From: an uncultured delta proteobacterium
GTDB taxonomy: Bacteria; Desulfobacterota; Desulfomonilia; UBA1062
NCBI GenBank assembly: GCA_963785235.1
Contig: CAWAUM010000001.1
Coordinates: forward strand, 96,001-160,000
DNA length: 64,000 nt
Direction of reading: 5' to 3'
Of the stretch, positions 49,287-60,137 are shown one piece after another. How positions within the stretch are numbered: position 1 is the first letter of the stretch; every line of letters begins with the position of its first letter. A program made the translations under genes and the position numbers. The notes below the pieces were generated by a model. The model was not told where the DNA came from. It ran no database searches and saw only the letters and a list, made by a program, of their open reading frames with translations.

Positions 49287-50832
49287 ACGTATCCTCCCTG
49301 CTGCACTGTGTTGCATAGAAGGACCACGGCAGGATCTCGCCGGCATCCCTTTGCCTCAGTGCATAATAATCAGGGTTGAGCTGCCATTGCTTCAGGAGGC
49401 GCTGCCAGTTGGCCGGATCATGCTTTGCCATTTCCTTGATAAGCCCCAGGAGCTTTCTGTCACCCCGGGCGAAAAGGGCCTGGAGAAAGGCCCACTTGGG
49501 CCCTTCAAACGCAACCGAGATGTTGCTCTCGCCCTTGAGACCTTTCACGATCCTCTTGATGCGGATCTTGGCATCGCCTTGCTCGACCATGGCATGGCGC
49601 TCGAAGGGCGTGTGGGGCTTGGGTACAAAGGTATTGATGCTGACACTCACCGTACCGATCTTCTTATTGCCCCTTGAGACGTGGATGAACGTCTGGCGGA
49701 TGCGCTTTATAAGGTCAATGGTCTCGTCGAGGTGAGCAAGGGTTTCTCCCGGTAATCCCACCATGAAGTAGAGTTTTATGTCCCGTATTCCCGATGCCAC
49801 CAGCACCCTGACATCATCGAAGATGGTGGCGTTGGTGATATGCTTGCCCATGGCAAACCGCAGATCCTGCGAGCCTGTCTCCGGCGCCAGGGTTACACCC
49901 TTGACCTCTGAAATGGCCAGGGCCTCTATAAGATCATTGCTGATCATGCCCGGCCTGAGTGAGGGCGGGGCCACCTTGAGCCCTCGATTCTGTATCTCTT
50001 TAAAGATCTCAGCAGCCCCGGGGTGGTTGTTGAGCGAGGTGCTCACCAGGCCGAGTTTGTTACGGTGTCGTGCCGCCTCGGCGAAGATGGGGACCAGCCT
50101 TTCCATGGGCGCGCTGCGGTAGGGGGCATAGATCTCCCGGGCGCTGCAGAACTTGCAGGAAAAGGGGCATCCCCGCGCAATCTCCACAAGATACATGTCG
50201 CCGAATGCCGTATCCTTCGTGATGATGCTGGTGCAGGCCGGGTTATCCAACTCGGTCTTAAAGGAGAGTTGCGGTCTTTGGCCCTCGAATCCTGCAATGG
50301 CCGGTCCTTCATAGACAGGCCGGGTTCGCGACGGGATATATACCCCCGGCACCAGGTTCATTCTATCAAGAAATTCCTCATATCCGGCGCTTGCGGCATA
50401 GGCTATGTCAAGAAGGGCAGGAAAGGGCTCGCCGTCACCCAGGAAACAGATATCAAAGGCATCCGCAACGGGTTCGGGATTTGAGGTAATGGCCGCACCT
50501 CCTGCCATTACAATGGGCTTGCCTCCCCGGTCACCAGCGGCCACAGGTATGTTGTTGGCCTGAAGGATCTTTACGGCCTCGATGAAATCCAGCTCATAGG
50601 AGATGGAAAAGGCGATGACATGAAAATCGCTTAGAGATCTGTCCGATTCCACTGAGCGCGCTCTGTCCGTAAAGAACCGCTCGCAGAGAATTCCGGGCTG
50701 GTCATTGAACAGGCGGTACATGTGCTGAAGTCCGAGGTTCGACATGCCCACCCAGTACGTGTTCGGGTAGACAAAGGCGATGTTCAGCTTACCGCCGGGG
50801 TCCTTGCGTACTGAGCCTGTCTCATTCCACAT
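49276..50832 (-). CDS. Radical SAM protein with B12-binding-like N-terminus
   Basis: YPNTYWVGMSNLG, EIARGCPFSCKFC, LAPETGS, LYFMVGLP, FVPKPHTPF. Confidence 0.9.
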   Translation of the reverse strand: MWNETGSVRKDPGGKLNIAFVYPNTYWVGMSNLGLQHMYRLFNDQPGILCERFFTDRARSVESDRSLSDFHVIAFSISYELDFIEAVKILQANNIPVAAGDRGGKPIVMAGGAAITSNPEPVADAFDICFLGDGEPFPALLDIAYAASAGYEEFLDRMNLVPGVYIPSRTRPVYEGPAIAGFEGQRPQLSFKTELDNPACTSIITKDTAFGDMYLVEIARGCPFSCKFCSAREIYAPYRSAPMERLVPIFAEAARHRNKLGLVSTSLNNHPGAAEIFKEIQNRGLKVAPPSLRPGMISNDLIEALAISEVKGVTLAPETGSQDLRFAMGKHITNATIFDDVRVLVASGIRDIKLYFMVGLPGETLAHLDETIDLIKRIRQTFIHVSRGNKKIGTVSVSINTFVPKPHTPFERHAMVEQGDAKIRIKRIVKGLKGESNISVAFEGPKWAFLQALFARGDRKLLGLIKEMAKHDPANWQRLLKQWQLNPDYYALRQRDAGEILPWSFYATQCSREDTYES

Positions 50833-52171
50833 CGATACTTAGACTCTTGATCTTCCTGTGCAGATTGCTCCGCTCAACGCCGATCAGATCGGCGGTCTTG
50901 GATATGTTGTTCCCGCATTGCATAAGCTTGCGTTCGATGAAGATCTTCTCGAACTCGGAGCGTGCATCTTTGAACTCTACCAGATCCAGGATCTTGTCCA
51001 GTTCGGAAGCGGGTTTAGATCCGAGCTGCATAATGTCATCGGCCGTTATGGTGTTTCCAGGCGTCATGATGACAAGGCGTTCGATGATGTTCTTGAGTTC
51101 GCGCACATTGCCCGGCCAGTCATGCTGCATGAGTTTCCTGATGGCGCTGTCGGTCATGTTCTTCTTACCCCCCTTTAAGGGGGAGAAGAGCTGGAGAAAA
51201 TGATCAACCAGTTCCGGGATGTCATCCCTGCGGTCAATGAGGCGCGGTACGTTAATGGGTATGACATTGAGCCGGTAATAAAGGTCCTGCCGGAAGCGGC
51301 CCTCCGCGATCTCCTGCTCAAGGTTCTTGTTGGTGGCCGTGAGCACGCGCACATCCACCTGGATGGTCTGGGCGCCACCGACCCGCTCGAAACGCTGCTC
51401 CTGGAGGATGCGTAAAATCTTGGCCTGGGTGGCCAGGCTCATGTCACCGATCTCATCCAAGAAAAGTGTACCGTTGTGGGCCAGGTCGAACTTACCGCGC
51501 TTTCGCTCGGCGGCCCCGGTAAAGGCACCCTTCTCATGACCGAAGAGCTCGCTTTCAATGAGTTCTTCCGGGATGGCGGCGCAGTTCACCTCAACAAAGG
51601 GAAAGCTTGACCTGTTGCTGTTCTTGTGGACCCTGCGCGCCACCAGCTCTTTGCCCGTTCCGTTCTCTCCAAGGATGAGGACCCAGGCATCGGTGGGAGA
51701 ACAGCGGTCGATCTGGGCTTTCAGTTTTAAGATGGCAGGCGACGAGCCGATGATCTCATCATCCTTCTCGGTCTTCTTCTTCAAGAGGGCATTCTCTTCC
51801 TCCAGTGCCCGCAAATGGATAGTGTTGTTCAGCGTGATGATGATCTTGTTGAGGTCGAGCGGCTTCTCTATGAAATCCAACGCACCGAGCCGTGTGGCCC
51901 GGATGGCGGTCTCGATGGAACCGTGGCCTGTCATGATGATGACCGGAATTCTGAATCCGGCATTCTTCATCTCCTCCAAAATCTGGAGACCGTCCTTGCC
52001 CGGCATCCAGATGTCCAACAGGATGAGGTCCACGTCCTGTTTCTCGATGATCTTGAGGGCGTCCTCGCCGGATGCAGCAAGAATGGTATTGTATCCTTCG
52101 TCTTCCAGCCCACCCTTCAGTGAGAGCCTGATATTTTCTTCATCGTCTACAATAAGTATGGTGTGCTTCAT
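50822..52171 (-). CDS. ntrX: Sigma54-dependent response regulator (NtrX-like)
   Basis: Receiver (VDDE, LDIWMP), GENGTGKE, intact GAFTGA, WPGNVREL, Fis-type HTH; follows ntrY. Confidence 0.9.
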   Translation of the reverse strand: MKHTILIVDDEENIRLSLKGGLEDEGYNTILAASGEDALKIIEKQDVDLILLDIWMPGKDGLQILEEMKNAGFRIPVIIMTGHGSIETAIRATRLGALDFIEKPLDLNKIIITLNNTIHLRALEEENALLKKKTEKDDEIIGSSPAILKLKAQIDRCSPTDAWVLILGENGTGKELVARRVHKNSNRSSFPFVEVNCAAIPEELIESELFGHEKGAFTGAAERKRGKFDLAHNGTLFLDEIGDMSLATQAKILRILQEQRFERVGGAQTIQVDVRVLTATNKNLEQEIAEGRFRQDLYYRLNVIPINVPRLIDRRDDIPELVDHFLQLFSPLKGGKKNMTDSAIRKLMQHDWPGNVRELKNIIERLVIMTPGNTITADDIMQLGSKPASELDKILDLVEFKDARSEFEKIFIERKLMQCGNNISKTADLIGVERSNLHRKIKSLSIDVE

Positions 52172-52174
52172 TCT

Positions 52175-54353
52175 TTACCCCTTAACCGGCAGCTCTATGC
52201 TGAAGATGGTGCCTTTCGGCTCGTTGTCTTTGACTCGAATAAACCCGTTATGGTCCGAAATGATCCTGTTCACGATAACCAGTCCCAGTCCCGTGCCGCC
52301 CTTCTTGGTGGAGAAGTACGGCTCAAACATCCGCTCCTTTACGTTCTTGGGGATACCGGGGCCTGTGTCAATAATATCCAGCTTTGCAATGTGCACATCC
52401 TCGTCATAGCCGGTCCTGATCGTAATCTTCTTTACAGGGCTGTCGCTCTCCAGGATGGCGGTAGTGGCATTTTCCAAGAGGTTGGTTACGGCCCTGTTCA
52501 TCTGGGAGCTGTCGATGTCCATTTTGGGCATGCCTTCATCCAGATCGAGAACAAACTCCAAGGCCTGATGGGCCTGCCGGTAAAGCGCCACGGCATCAGT
52601 GACCACCTTGTTGAAATCCTCCGGTCTCGGCATGGACGAGGGCATCCTGGCAAAGGCGGAAAATTCATTCACCAGGCGCTTCATCACATCCACCTCGTTG
52701 ATAATGACCCTTGTGCACTCGTCAAATACCTCCGAATCGTCTCCGAGCTTGTCCAGGTATCTGCGCCTGAGTCTCTGGGCCGAGAGCTGTATGGGGGTGA
52801 GCGGGTTTTTCACCTCGTGGGCGATCCTGCGGGCCACCTCGCGCCATGCAGCCATACGCTGCATCCTCTGGAGCTGGGTAAGGTCATCGAAAAAAAGGAC
52901 CATACCGATACGTTCGAAATTATCCCCATGAAGGACAGAGGCCTGACCGAGGAGCGTCAGCCACTTCCCGTCCAGGGACAGGGTAAGCTGTTTCTGGATG
53001 GAGGATGTCCTTGAACTATTAAGTCCTGAGACCAGGTCAGTGAAGATGGGCAGATATTCACCCGAGAGAACTTCTTCAATCCCTTTTCCCATGGTCTTTT
53101 CTGAAGTGAGTCCGAGCATGGACTCTGCCGAGGGATTGATCCACACAATCTGGTCATCCTTATTGATGGTGATCACCCCTGCGGATATGGTTTTGAGCAC
53201 GGTCTGGATATACCGGTTTCTCATGGAGATTTCATTGTATGCGGTTTCAAGATTTTTGCGTGAGTCCTTGAGGTCATCCACCATGATATTGAAATCGTCC
53301 ACCAGGATCCCCAGTTCATCGTTGGCCTTCATATCGATCTTGAAGCCCAGGTCGCCCTTGGAGATTTTCTGGGTGCCTTCCACGAGCTTCTCGATGGGAT
53401 TGAGAAGGCCCTTGGCGATATTCAATGCGAACCAGACGGCAGAGAAGATTACAAGAAGGGTCACCGATGTCAGCAGGATGATGTAATTCGTCTTGATGGG
53501 GCCTTTCAGCCTGAGACTCTGGGAATAATCCTTGAATGAACCCTTGATGAGACTGATTTTTGCCGAGAGGCTCTCAGGGACATAGTAGTCAGCAACAAGG
53601 ACACCCACAATATCCTTCGGGTTGAAGGACGACTGGATGGGTACAATACCCTCGATGATGTCCGCCTTGCCTTTACGCACAATCTGCGACATTCCCTTGC
53701 CCTGCATGGCGGACCTGACAATGCCGGATTCGGGTCTCGGCATGGCCTCGGCCTGGATGCCGGGCGAGATGATCTTCGCCAGCTCCTCGCCCTGGGCTGA
53801 AAAGACCACCACCGAAGACAGCCGGAACAGGGCCATCTTCTCTTCCAGCAGTGCCTTGAGGATATTAAGGTTGTCTTCTTTGAGTAACCTGCGCTCGGTG
53901 ATCTCCTTGGATATAGAGGCGGCGTAATGGATGGAATTTTCAGAGGCTTCATTATAATAGATGTTGGCCACAGTCATGGATTCTTCAATAGCGGTTTCCA
54001 CCTCGCGTAGAAAGCCATCCTTCCATGCTCCGGTTGAGGAAGACCACACTGGTAAAGAACAGCAATGCAGAGGGTATGGTTGTCAGCGTTACAAAGGCTA
54101 CTACAAGTTTGGTCCTGAGCCTGGTGCCAAGGACCCCCCTCCTGCGTTCGAGCATGAGCTTCACAATATTGCGGATTACCAGGAAAACCACCAGGATAAG
54201 CAGCACTACATTAAGGCTGATTACAGTGAACACAACTGCATTTGAAGATGGTACGAGCCCCAGGGTGCTCAGGTTCGTCTTTGCAATGCTCATGAGGATC
54301 ATCACGATAATGATGCCGCCGACAATGATCATCTCCTTGGTCTTCTTAGACAT
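52175..54353 (-). CDS. ntrY: NtrY-like HAMP-PAS sensor histidine kinase (frameshift near 54040)
   Basis: N-terminal TM region GTRLRTKLV in ORF 53985-54404; AWREVARRIAHEVKNPLTPIQLSA, EFSAFARMP, PYFSTKKGGTGLGL. Confidence 0.9.
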
Positions 54354-54357
54354 GTAT

Positions 54358-55176
54358 TTATCCCTGCCCCTGTTGGCATAGGCCCAAGTGGATCTGTTTC
54401 GCAAGACGAATGTGCAAGGTATGGTTTGCCTTTACCGCAATGATCCGGGCTTCAAGCGGCGAACCCAGAGTCCACAGATCCCCCAATATGTCCAGAACCT
54501 TGTGGCGGACGAATTCGTCGGGAAAACGCAGGCCTTCAGGATTGATGATGCGGTCATGGTCAACCACTACGGCGTTGTGCAGGCCGCCGCCCTGCGCCAG
54601 GCCTGCAGCGCGCATCATCTCTACGTCCTTAAGCCTTCCGAAGGTTCGGGCAGGGGCGATCTGATTTGCATAATCCTCACCAAGGTAGCTGAACCGTTGA
54701 AGCCCTATGGCAGGATCTGGAAAATCGATCTCATAGGACAGGCTGAACGGTCCCGGCATGGCCTCGATGCAGGCATTTCCATCTTCCAAACGGATCGGTG
54801 AAGCAAGTACAATGGGGTCACATGAAGGGCCTAATGACTCGATACCCGACTCTTCCAGGAGCCGGAAAAAGGGCAGGGCCGAACCATCCATGGCAGGCAT
54901 TTCATCGCCTGACACGTAGATATCACAGTCCGTGATACGATGACCATACAAGGCTGACATGAGGTGCTCTATGGTGGAGATGGACACATCATCATCACCA
55001 AGGGTGGTGTTCAACCTGGTGTTGATGATATTCATGGGTGTGGCGGGAATCCTCCTCCCGTCTTTGATGAACACAATCCCTTCTGAATTCCCTTTGAGCC
55101 TTAGCGTGATTGCAGTCCCCTTGTGGAGCCCTGTACCCTCGATTATAAGTTCTTTGCGGATAGTTCTGCGATTCAT
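54358..55176 (-). CDS. lpxC: UDP-3-O-acyl-N-acetylglucosamine deacetylase
   Basis: GTGLHKG, TIEHLMSAL, DGSA, APARTFG, EFVRHKVLD.LGDL. Confidence 0.95.
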   Translation of the reverse strand: MNRRTIRKELIIEGTGLHKGTAITLRLKGNSEGIVFIKDGRRIPATPMNIINTRLNTTLGDDDVSISTIEHLMSALYGHRITDCDIYVSGDEMPAMDGSALPFFRLLEESGIESLGPSCDPIVLASPIRLEDGNACIEAMPGPFSLSYEIDFPDPAIGLQRFSYLGEDYANQIAPARTFGRLKDVEMMRAAGLAQGGGLHNAVVVDHDRIINPEGLRFPDEFVRHKVLDILGDLWTLGSPLEARIIAVKANHTLHIRLAKQIHLGLCQQGQG

Positions 55177-55274
55177 GGCAGGACATAGATTATGTAAGGT
55201 GCTCCCATTAGTCAAATCCTAATACTTCACCCGCATTTGACAGGGCTTGATAAAATGCTTTATAGAGCAATACC

Positions 55275-55562
55275 ATGTTTGAACTCAGCTTCCCGCACAT
55301 ACTCCTTCTCCTTGCCATTGCCTTGGTTGTCATCGGTCCGAAGAAACTGCCCGATATAGCAAAGACCCTGGGCAAGATGTTCGGTGAATTCCAGCGGGCT
55401 GCAGACGATCTCAAGCGCGAGATAAAGACCGCATCCGACATCAAGACAGGCAACGATCCCCAGCAGAAGCCCGCCGAAGAGAAGGCCCCTGAACCTGCAG
55501 CAACCCCTGAGGAGGATGCCGCGGCCCCTGACACCAAGACCCCGCCCGAGAAGAACTCTTAA
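55275..55562 (+). CDS. tatB: Twin-arginine translocase TatB (TatA/B family)
   Basis: TM helix + GPKKLPDIAKTLGK; directly upstream of tatC. Confidence 0.85.
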   Translation: MFELSFPHILLLLAIALVVIGPKKLPDIAKTLGKMFGEFQRAADDLKREIKTASDIKTGNDPQQKPAEEKAPEPAATPEEDAAAPDTKTPPEKNS

Positions 55563-55587
55563 AGATTCTTTAAACGAGGAACCACAC

Positions 55588-56331
55588 GTGGAAGAAGAGA
55601 AACTGCCGGTAACCGATCATCTCGAAGAGCTCAGAGGCAGGATCATCAAGTGCTTCGTCGCGATTATCGTGGGGTTTCTCCTTTCATTTACGTTCTCCCA
55701 GCAGCTCTTTGATTTTCTGACGTATCCCCTGGTCAAGGCTATGCCCGAAGGGGGAAAGCTTATTTACACCTCGCTGCAGGAGGCCTTTGTCACCTATATG
55801 AAGATCGCGTTTTTCGCAGGGCTCTTCATGGCAGTTCCGGTGATCTTCTACCAGATCTGGAAATTTGTGATTCCGGGCCTGTATGAGAAGGAGCGCACCT
55901 ATATAGTGCCCTTTATGATTATGGCATGCGTCTTTTTTATCCTGGGGGCATCCTTTGCCTTTTTTGTAGCCTTCCCCTTTGCATTCAGGTTCTTCCTCAG
56001 TTTCGCGAATGATCGTATCCAGGCCCTGCCCTCCATGAAGGAATACCTGAGCCTCTGCATGAGCCTGATCATAGCGTTCGGCATCACCTTCGAGCTGCCG
56101 GTGGTCATGTTCTTCCTTGCCAAGATGGGGATCGTGGACCATGCCAAGCTGAAGAAATTCCGGAAATACGCATTCCTCATAATTTCCACCGCTGCAGCCT
56201 TCCTTACCCCGCCTGATATCTTGAGCATGATATTGCTCATCATCCCTTTGTATTTCCTCTACGAGATCAGTATCCTGGTAGTCTACTTCACCAGGAAAAA
56301 GAAGGCGGCCCCTGAAGAGGCGGCAGGCTGA
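55588..56331 (+). CDS. tatC: Twin-arginine translocase TatC
   Basis: HLEELR.R, YQIWKF..PGLY..E, FELP, LTPPD, LYEISI. Confidence 0.96.
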   Translation: MEEEKLPVTDHLEELRGRIIKCFVAIIVGFLLSFTFSQQLFDFLTYPLVKAMPEGGKLIYTSLQEAFVTYMKIAFFAGLFMAVPVIFYQIWKFVIPGLYEKERTYIVPFMIMACVFFILGASFAFFVAFPFAFRFFLSFANDRIQALPSMKEYLSLCMSLIIAFGITFELPVVMFFLAKMGIVDHAKLKKFRKYAFLIISTAAAFLTPPDILSMILLIIPLYFLYEISILVVYFTRKKKAAPEEAAG

Positions 56332-56419
56332 CACAATCATTTGAATGAAAACAGTATCATCACAAAAGTGCTAACACCTTGCCTGTAAACTTGATCTGGG
56401 TATACATTAGGATGCACAT

Positions 56420-57284
56420 ATGAAAAGTGCGTTTACCTATGGGTTTTCTTCTTTTGCTGCCATTGTGTTTTCTTTTCTCTCAATCTTTATACCATCATCT
56501 TCCGGCGGCCAGGATCAAGTGCCCGTGAAGGATCGTTTCGCTGGCGCCCAATATCACCAGGGAGATCTATGACCTGGGTGCCCAGAGCCTGCTTATCGGC
56601 GTTACCAGCTACTCTCCGGTAAAAGCCGGCGCCGGCAAGCAGCTGGTGGGCTCGCCTGCGCGCATAAATATCGAGAAGACCTATTCGTTAAGGCCGCAGC
56701 TCGTGCTGGCAAGCACGGACTGCAACAGCAAGTCTGATGTTGAAACGTTGAAAAAGCTGGGATGCAAGGTTCATGTCTTCAATGGATGCGAGAGCTTCGC
56801 ATGCATGTGTCTGGCCTTTAAAGAGCTCGGTGCCATGGTGGGGAGGTCTCAGCGGGCCGAGGATATAATCGCAGAGGTTAGGGTACAGATGAACGACATC
56901 CAGGCAAAGATCCATGGCCGTAAAAGTCTGAAGGTGTTCTGGCAGCTTGGTGATAACCCGCTTGTAACAGCAAGCGGTGCTACCTTTTCAGGCGAGATGC
57001 TCCGCAGGGCAGGGTGCGTCAACATCTTTGGGGATGCACCCATACCCTATCCACGGGTAAATGCGGAAGAGGTCATCAAGCGAAACCCCGATGTCATTGT
57101 GGTGGTAAGCCAGATGGGATCTGGTTCCACCGGGTCTGCTTGGGGCCGATTCGGTGTAATCAGTGCGGTAAGCAGGAAACGGGTCTATGATCTCCCGGCA
57201 GATATGGTCTGCCAACCCACACCGGTAATGTACCTCAAGGGGTATAAAGCGGTAGTGGCCATGCTTTACCCCGGAATTTTATGA
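56420..57284 (+). CDS. BtuF-like helical-backbone substrate-binding protein (frameshift near 56528)
   Basis: Signal peptide from ATG 56420, then RIVSLAPNITREIYDLGA in the frame of ORF 56646; YPRVNAEEVIKRNPDVI. Confidence 0.85.
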
Positions 57285-58267
57285 ACAGGGTTACCTCTTT
57301 TCTTATCCTGGTTTTTCTGCTGGCATGTGCGATTTTACTCTCAGTTTTCATGGGAGGCTCTGAGCTGCCGGCAGCTGCAGTCATCGATGCGCTGATCCAC
57401 CCGGGGTCTTCCGGCACCGCTCATACCCTCATCTGGGAACTGCGCATCCCGCGTATCATAAGGGCGCTCGTGGTGGGCGCAGGTCTTGCTGGATGCGGGG
57501 TGGCATTTCAGGCCGTGCTCAGAAATCCGTTGGCTGAGCCCTTTACATTGGGGGTATCTGCGGGCGGGGCCCTCGGGGCTACCATTGCCATAACCCTGGG
57601 GCTTTCAGGTCTGTCCATGGTGGGGCTGTGCTTTGCAGGTTGCCTCATGAGCATTACCGCGGTGATCTTCATGTCCACCCTGAAGGATTTTTCCACCACG
57701 ACCATCATATTAAGCGGTGTGGTCCTGAGCTTCCTTCTCTCCTCGGTAGTAATGTTCATCTTCACCATAGCCACTGCACGGGAGGTCCATACATCCATCC
57801 TCTGGATCATGGGCAGCCTCAGCTCTACCGATACCGTCTCAACGCCCGTGATCATCCTGATCGTGGTTCCCCTGATCCTTCTGCTCAGCTTCTTGACAAG
57901 GGACATGAACCTCATCTCGCTTGGAGACGAAAAGGCTCACCTCTTAGGCTTTTCTCCAGGCATGCTCAAGACTGTGCTGCTCGGGGTCGCTTCGTTGATC
58001 ACCGGGGTCTGTGTGGCCATATCCGGTATCATAGGTTTCGTGGGGCTCATCATCCCCCATGCCATGCGCCGGGCTGTAGGGGCAGACCATCAGGTGCTTT
58101 TTTCTGCATCCATGCTCGCAGGGTCTACCTTCCTGCTGTTGTGTGACACGCTCTCCCAGGTCATTATCAGGCCCTATGAGCTGCCTGTGGGGGTAATTAC
58201 CGGGATCGCAGGCGGCGTCTTCTTTCTGGCATACCTGCTCAAGGCGTCTCCCCCGGAGGTTATCTAG
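57281..58267 (+). CDS. BtuC/FecCD family ABC permease
   Basis: LRIPR, RNPLAEPFTLGVSAG, LGDEKA..LG, GIIGFVGLIIPH, ELPVGVIT. Confidence 0.94.
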   Translation: MNRVTSFLILVFLLACAILLSVFMGGSELPAAAVIDALIHPGSSGTAHTLIWELRIPRIIRALVVGAGLAGCGVAFQAVLRNPLAEPFTLGVSAGGALGATIAITLGLSGLSMVGLCFAGCLMSITAVIFMSTLKDFSTTTIILSGVVLSFLLSSVVMFIFTIATAREVHTSILWIMGSLSSTDTVSTPVIILIVVPLILLLSFLTRDMNLISLGDEKAHLLGFSPGMLKTVLLGVASLITGVCVAISGIIGFVGLIIPHAMRRAVGADHQVLFSASMLAGSTFLLLCDTLSQVIIRPYELPVGVITGIAGGVFFLAYLLKASPPEVI

Positions 58268-59058
58268 ATGACAGGGCTCAGGGTGGAAAACCTGAGTGCC
58301 GGGTATCAGGACCACCCGGTGGTAGACGGGGTCTCCTTTGCTGCCGATCCCGGGGGGCATCTTCGGACTTATCGGGCCCAACGGGAGCGGCAAGACTACC
58401 CTGTTCAAGTGCATCTATGGCCTCATGAAACCCTGGCAGGGGAATATTTTCCTGGGTGATGAAAACCTTTTCACAATGCCCAGGAAGAAGCTTGCCCAGA
58501 AGGCCGCCTTCATCCCCCAGATCCACTCGCTGTCCTTCCCCTATACCGTGGAGGAATATGTGCTCATGGGAAGATACCCCCACCGGGGCAGGATGATGCC
58601 CTTCACCCCGGCAGACCGGCAGAATCGTTGAAGATACGCTTACCCTGCTCGACCTCACCGGGGTCAGGTCACAGCGTATCCAGCGGCTCTCGGGAGGAGA
58701 GATGCAGCGGGTGTTCCTTGCATGCGGCCTCGCCCAGAAGCCCGAGATCCTCCTCATGGATGAACCCACCACGCACCTGGACATCGGCCACCAGATAAGG
58801 CTGCTGGACCTGGTAACAGGGCTCTCCGGCAACTACGGGCTCACCGTGCTCGTAACCCTGCACGACCTCAACCTGGCCAGCCTCTACTGCACATCCATCG
58901 CACTCATGGACCATGGCCGCATCCACGCCCAGGGGAGTCCGGAAGAGGTTCTTACTGCAGAGAATATCGAACATGTATACCGGGCCCGTGTGAAAGTAGG
59001 GGAAGACCCGGTATTGCTGAAGCCGCATATATTTTTTGTGCCGGGACAGGAATTGTAG
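58268..59058 (+). CDS. Cobalamin/iron-siderophore ABC ATPase (frameshifts near 58355 and 58625)
   Basis: GPNGSGKTT, LSGGE.QRV, MDEPTTHLD, HDLNLA spread over three frames. Confidence 0.9.
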
Positions 59059-59208
59059 GATCTCACATTTCATTCAATGCCTTTGAACATTCTTTTCAAT
59101 GGATCATGGTTTTCTCAGGTCCGGGCCAGTGCATTCTTGAGCGGCTATTCAGTTAATCGTACGCAATATTAATAGGTTATCTAGCATTATTCATTCTGTC
59201 CGAACAAT

Positions 59209-59224
59209 TGGCACGGTTAGTGCT
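59209..59224 (+). promoter_or_regulatory. Sigma54 (-24/-12) promoter
   Basis: TGGCACGGTTAGTGCT with exact GG-N10-GC spacing, about 40 nt before the start codon. Confidence 0.75.
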
Positions 59225-59266
59225 CAATACATAATCATTAAGCAATCATGAAGGAGGGCAGTGACA

Positions 59267-59542
59267 ATGAAAAAGACAATCCAGACAATAATCGTAGCAA
59301 TGTTCGTGGTGATGATTACCGGTACCTTTGCCTTTGCAGCAGCAGCGACTTCCGGCGGCAACAGCTTCCCCTACTTCCACCTCGGCTGTCTGATCATGGG
59401 CGGGCTCACCATCATCTCTTTGAAGTATCGCTATGAGAGGATGTACTTAAGCGAGGCAGTGGGATCTTTCGCACTGTATGCAGTGCTCGTAGCCCTGTTC
59501 ACCGCACCGGTCATCGAGGCAGTGAAAGGCCTGGTCAGCTGA
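59267..59542 (+). CDS. Small membrane protein of unknown function
   Basis: AGGAGG RBS, signal peptide ending AFA, two further hydrophobic helices. Confidence 0.75.
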   Translation: MKKTIQTIIVAMFVVMITGTFAFAAAATSGGNSFPYFHLGCLIMGGLTIISLKYRYERMYLSEAVGSFALYAVLVALFTAPVIEAVKGLVS

Positions 59543-59630
59543 GCAGGTCATATATAGGTAAGGTTTTCAAGCCCTGAAAGTCTTTAATGCCGGGAACTGC
59601 AGGGCTAAAAAAGGAGAGGAGGTAAGAGCC

Positions 59631-59894
59631 ATGAAAAGGGTTGGAAAAGACAAGCTCAATAACAAGAATCTCAACCATATCATCCTTATGAGTGCGTGGA
59701 GCTTCACCCTGGTTATCTCCTCATTCCTGTTCCTGTTTGTCGGACGGTGGATCGATATCCGATTCAATACCGAGCCGGCATTCATGCTTGGTTTGTTTGT
59801 ATTGGCAATATCGTTGTGCATCGGGAGAATATATATGGATTTCACCAAGACACGAGATCAGATCAGTTCAAGGGTAAGGCATCATCAGGCATAG
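59631..59894 (+). CDS. AtpZ/AtpI (ATPase gene 1)-like small membrane protein
   Basis: Two TM helices around G.WID.RFNTEP.F; GGAGG RBS; no atp genes adjacent. Confidence 0.72.
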   Translation: MKRVGKDKLNNKNLNHIILMSAWSFTLVISSFLFLFVGRWIDIRFNTEPAFMLGLFVLAISLCIGRIYMDFTKTRDQISSRVRHHQA

Positions 59895-59942
59895 GTAATT
59901 GATTGAAACAAGCGTAAAAAGAACCCTGAATCATCGCACACC

Positions 59943-59983
59943 AAAAATAACGGGCCGGGGAAATATCCGGCCCGTTATTTTTT
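59943..59983. terminator. Bidirectional intrinsic terminator
   Basis: AAAAATAACGGGCCGG-n8-CCGGCCCGTTATTTTT. Confidence 0.88.
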
Positions 59984-60017
59984 ATTAGTAGTTTCGAAAA
60001 GATATTTCGATCTCATC

Positions 60018-60137
60018 AATTTCGAGATGCAAACCAAAAATTAGCCTGTTCAAATCATGCATATCGGTGAAGCCGATATGCATGATTTGAACAGGTCAGG
60101 TTTTTTCTCTCGTAACGAAGTATTTTGGGATTATGCA
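60018..60137 (+). repeat. Dispersed hairpin element, copy D
   Basis: GAGATGCAAACCAAAAATTAG + perfect 23-bp stem 60045-60067 / 60073-60095, loop TGAAG; ends ATTTTGGGATTATGCA. Confidence 0.92.

Noticed and set aside
56332-56419. Cobalamin riboswitch upstream of the Btu-like ABC transporter
   Set aside because: The spacer is under 90 nt and has no B12-box motifs, so the transported substrate remains unassigned.
58340-58640. Programmed frameshifting or phase variation in the ABC ATPase and other split genes
   Set aside because: No canonical slippery heptamer with a stimulatory structure, runs are short, and the window-wide indel density points to assembly error.
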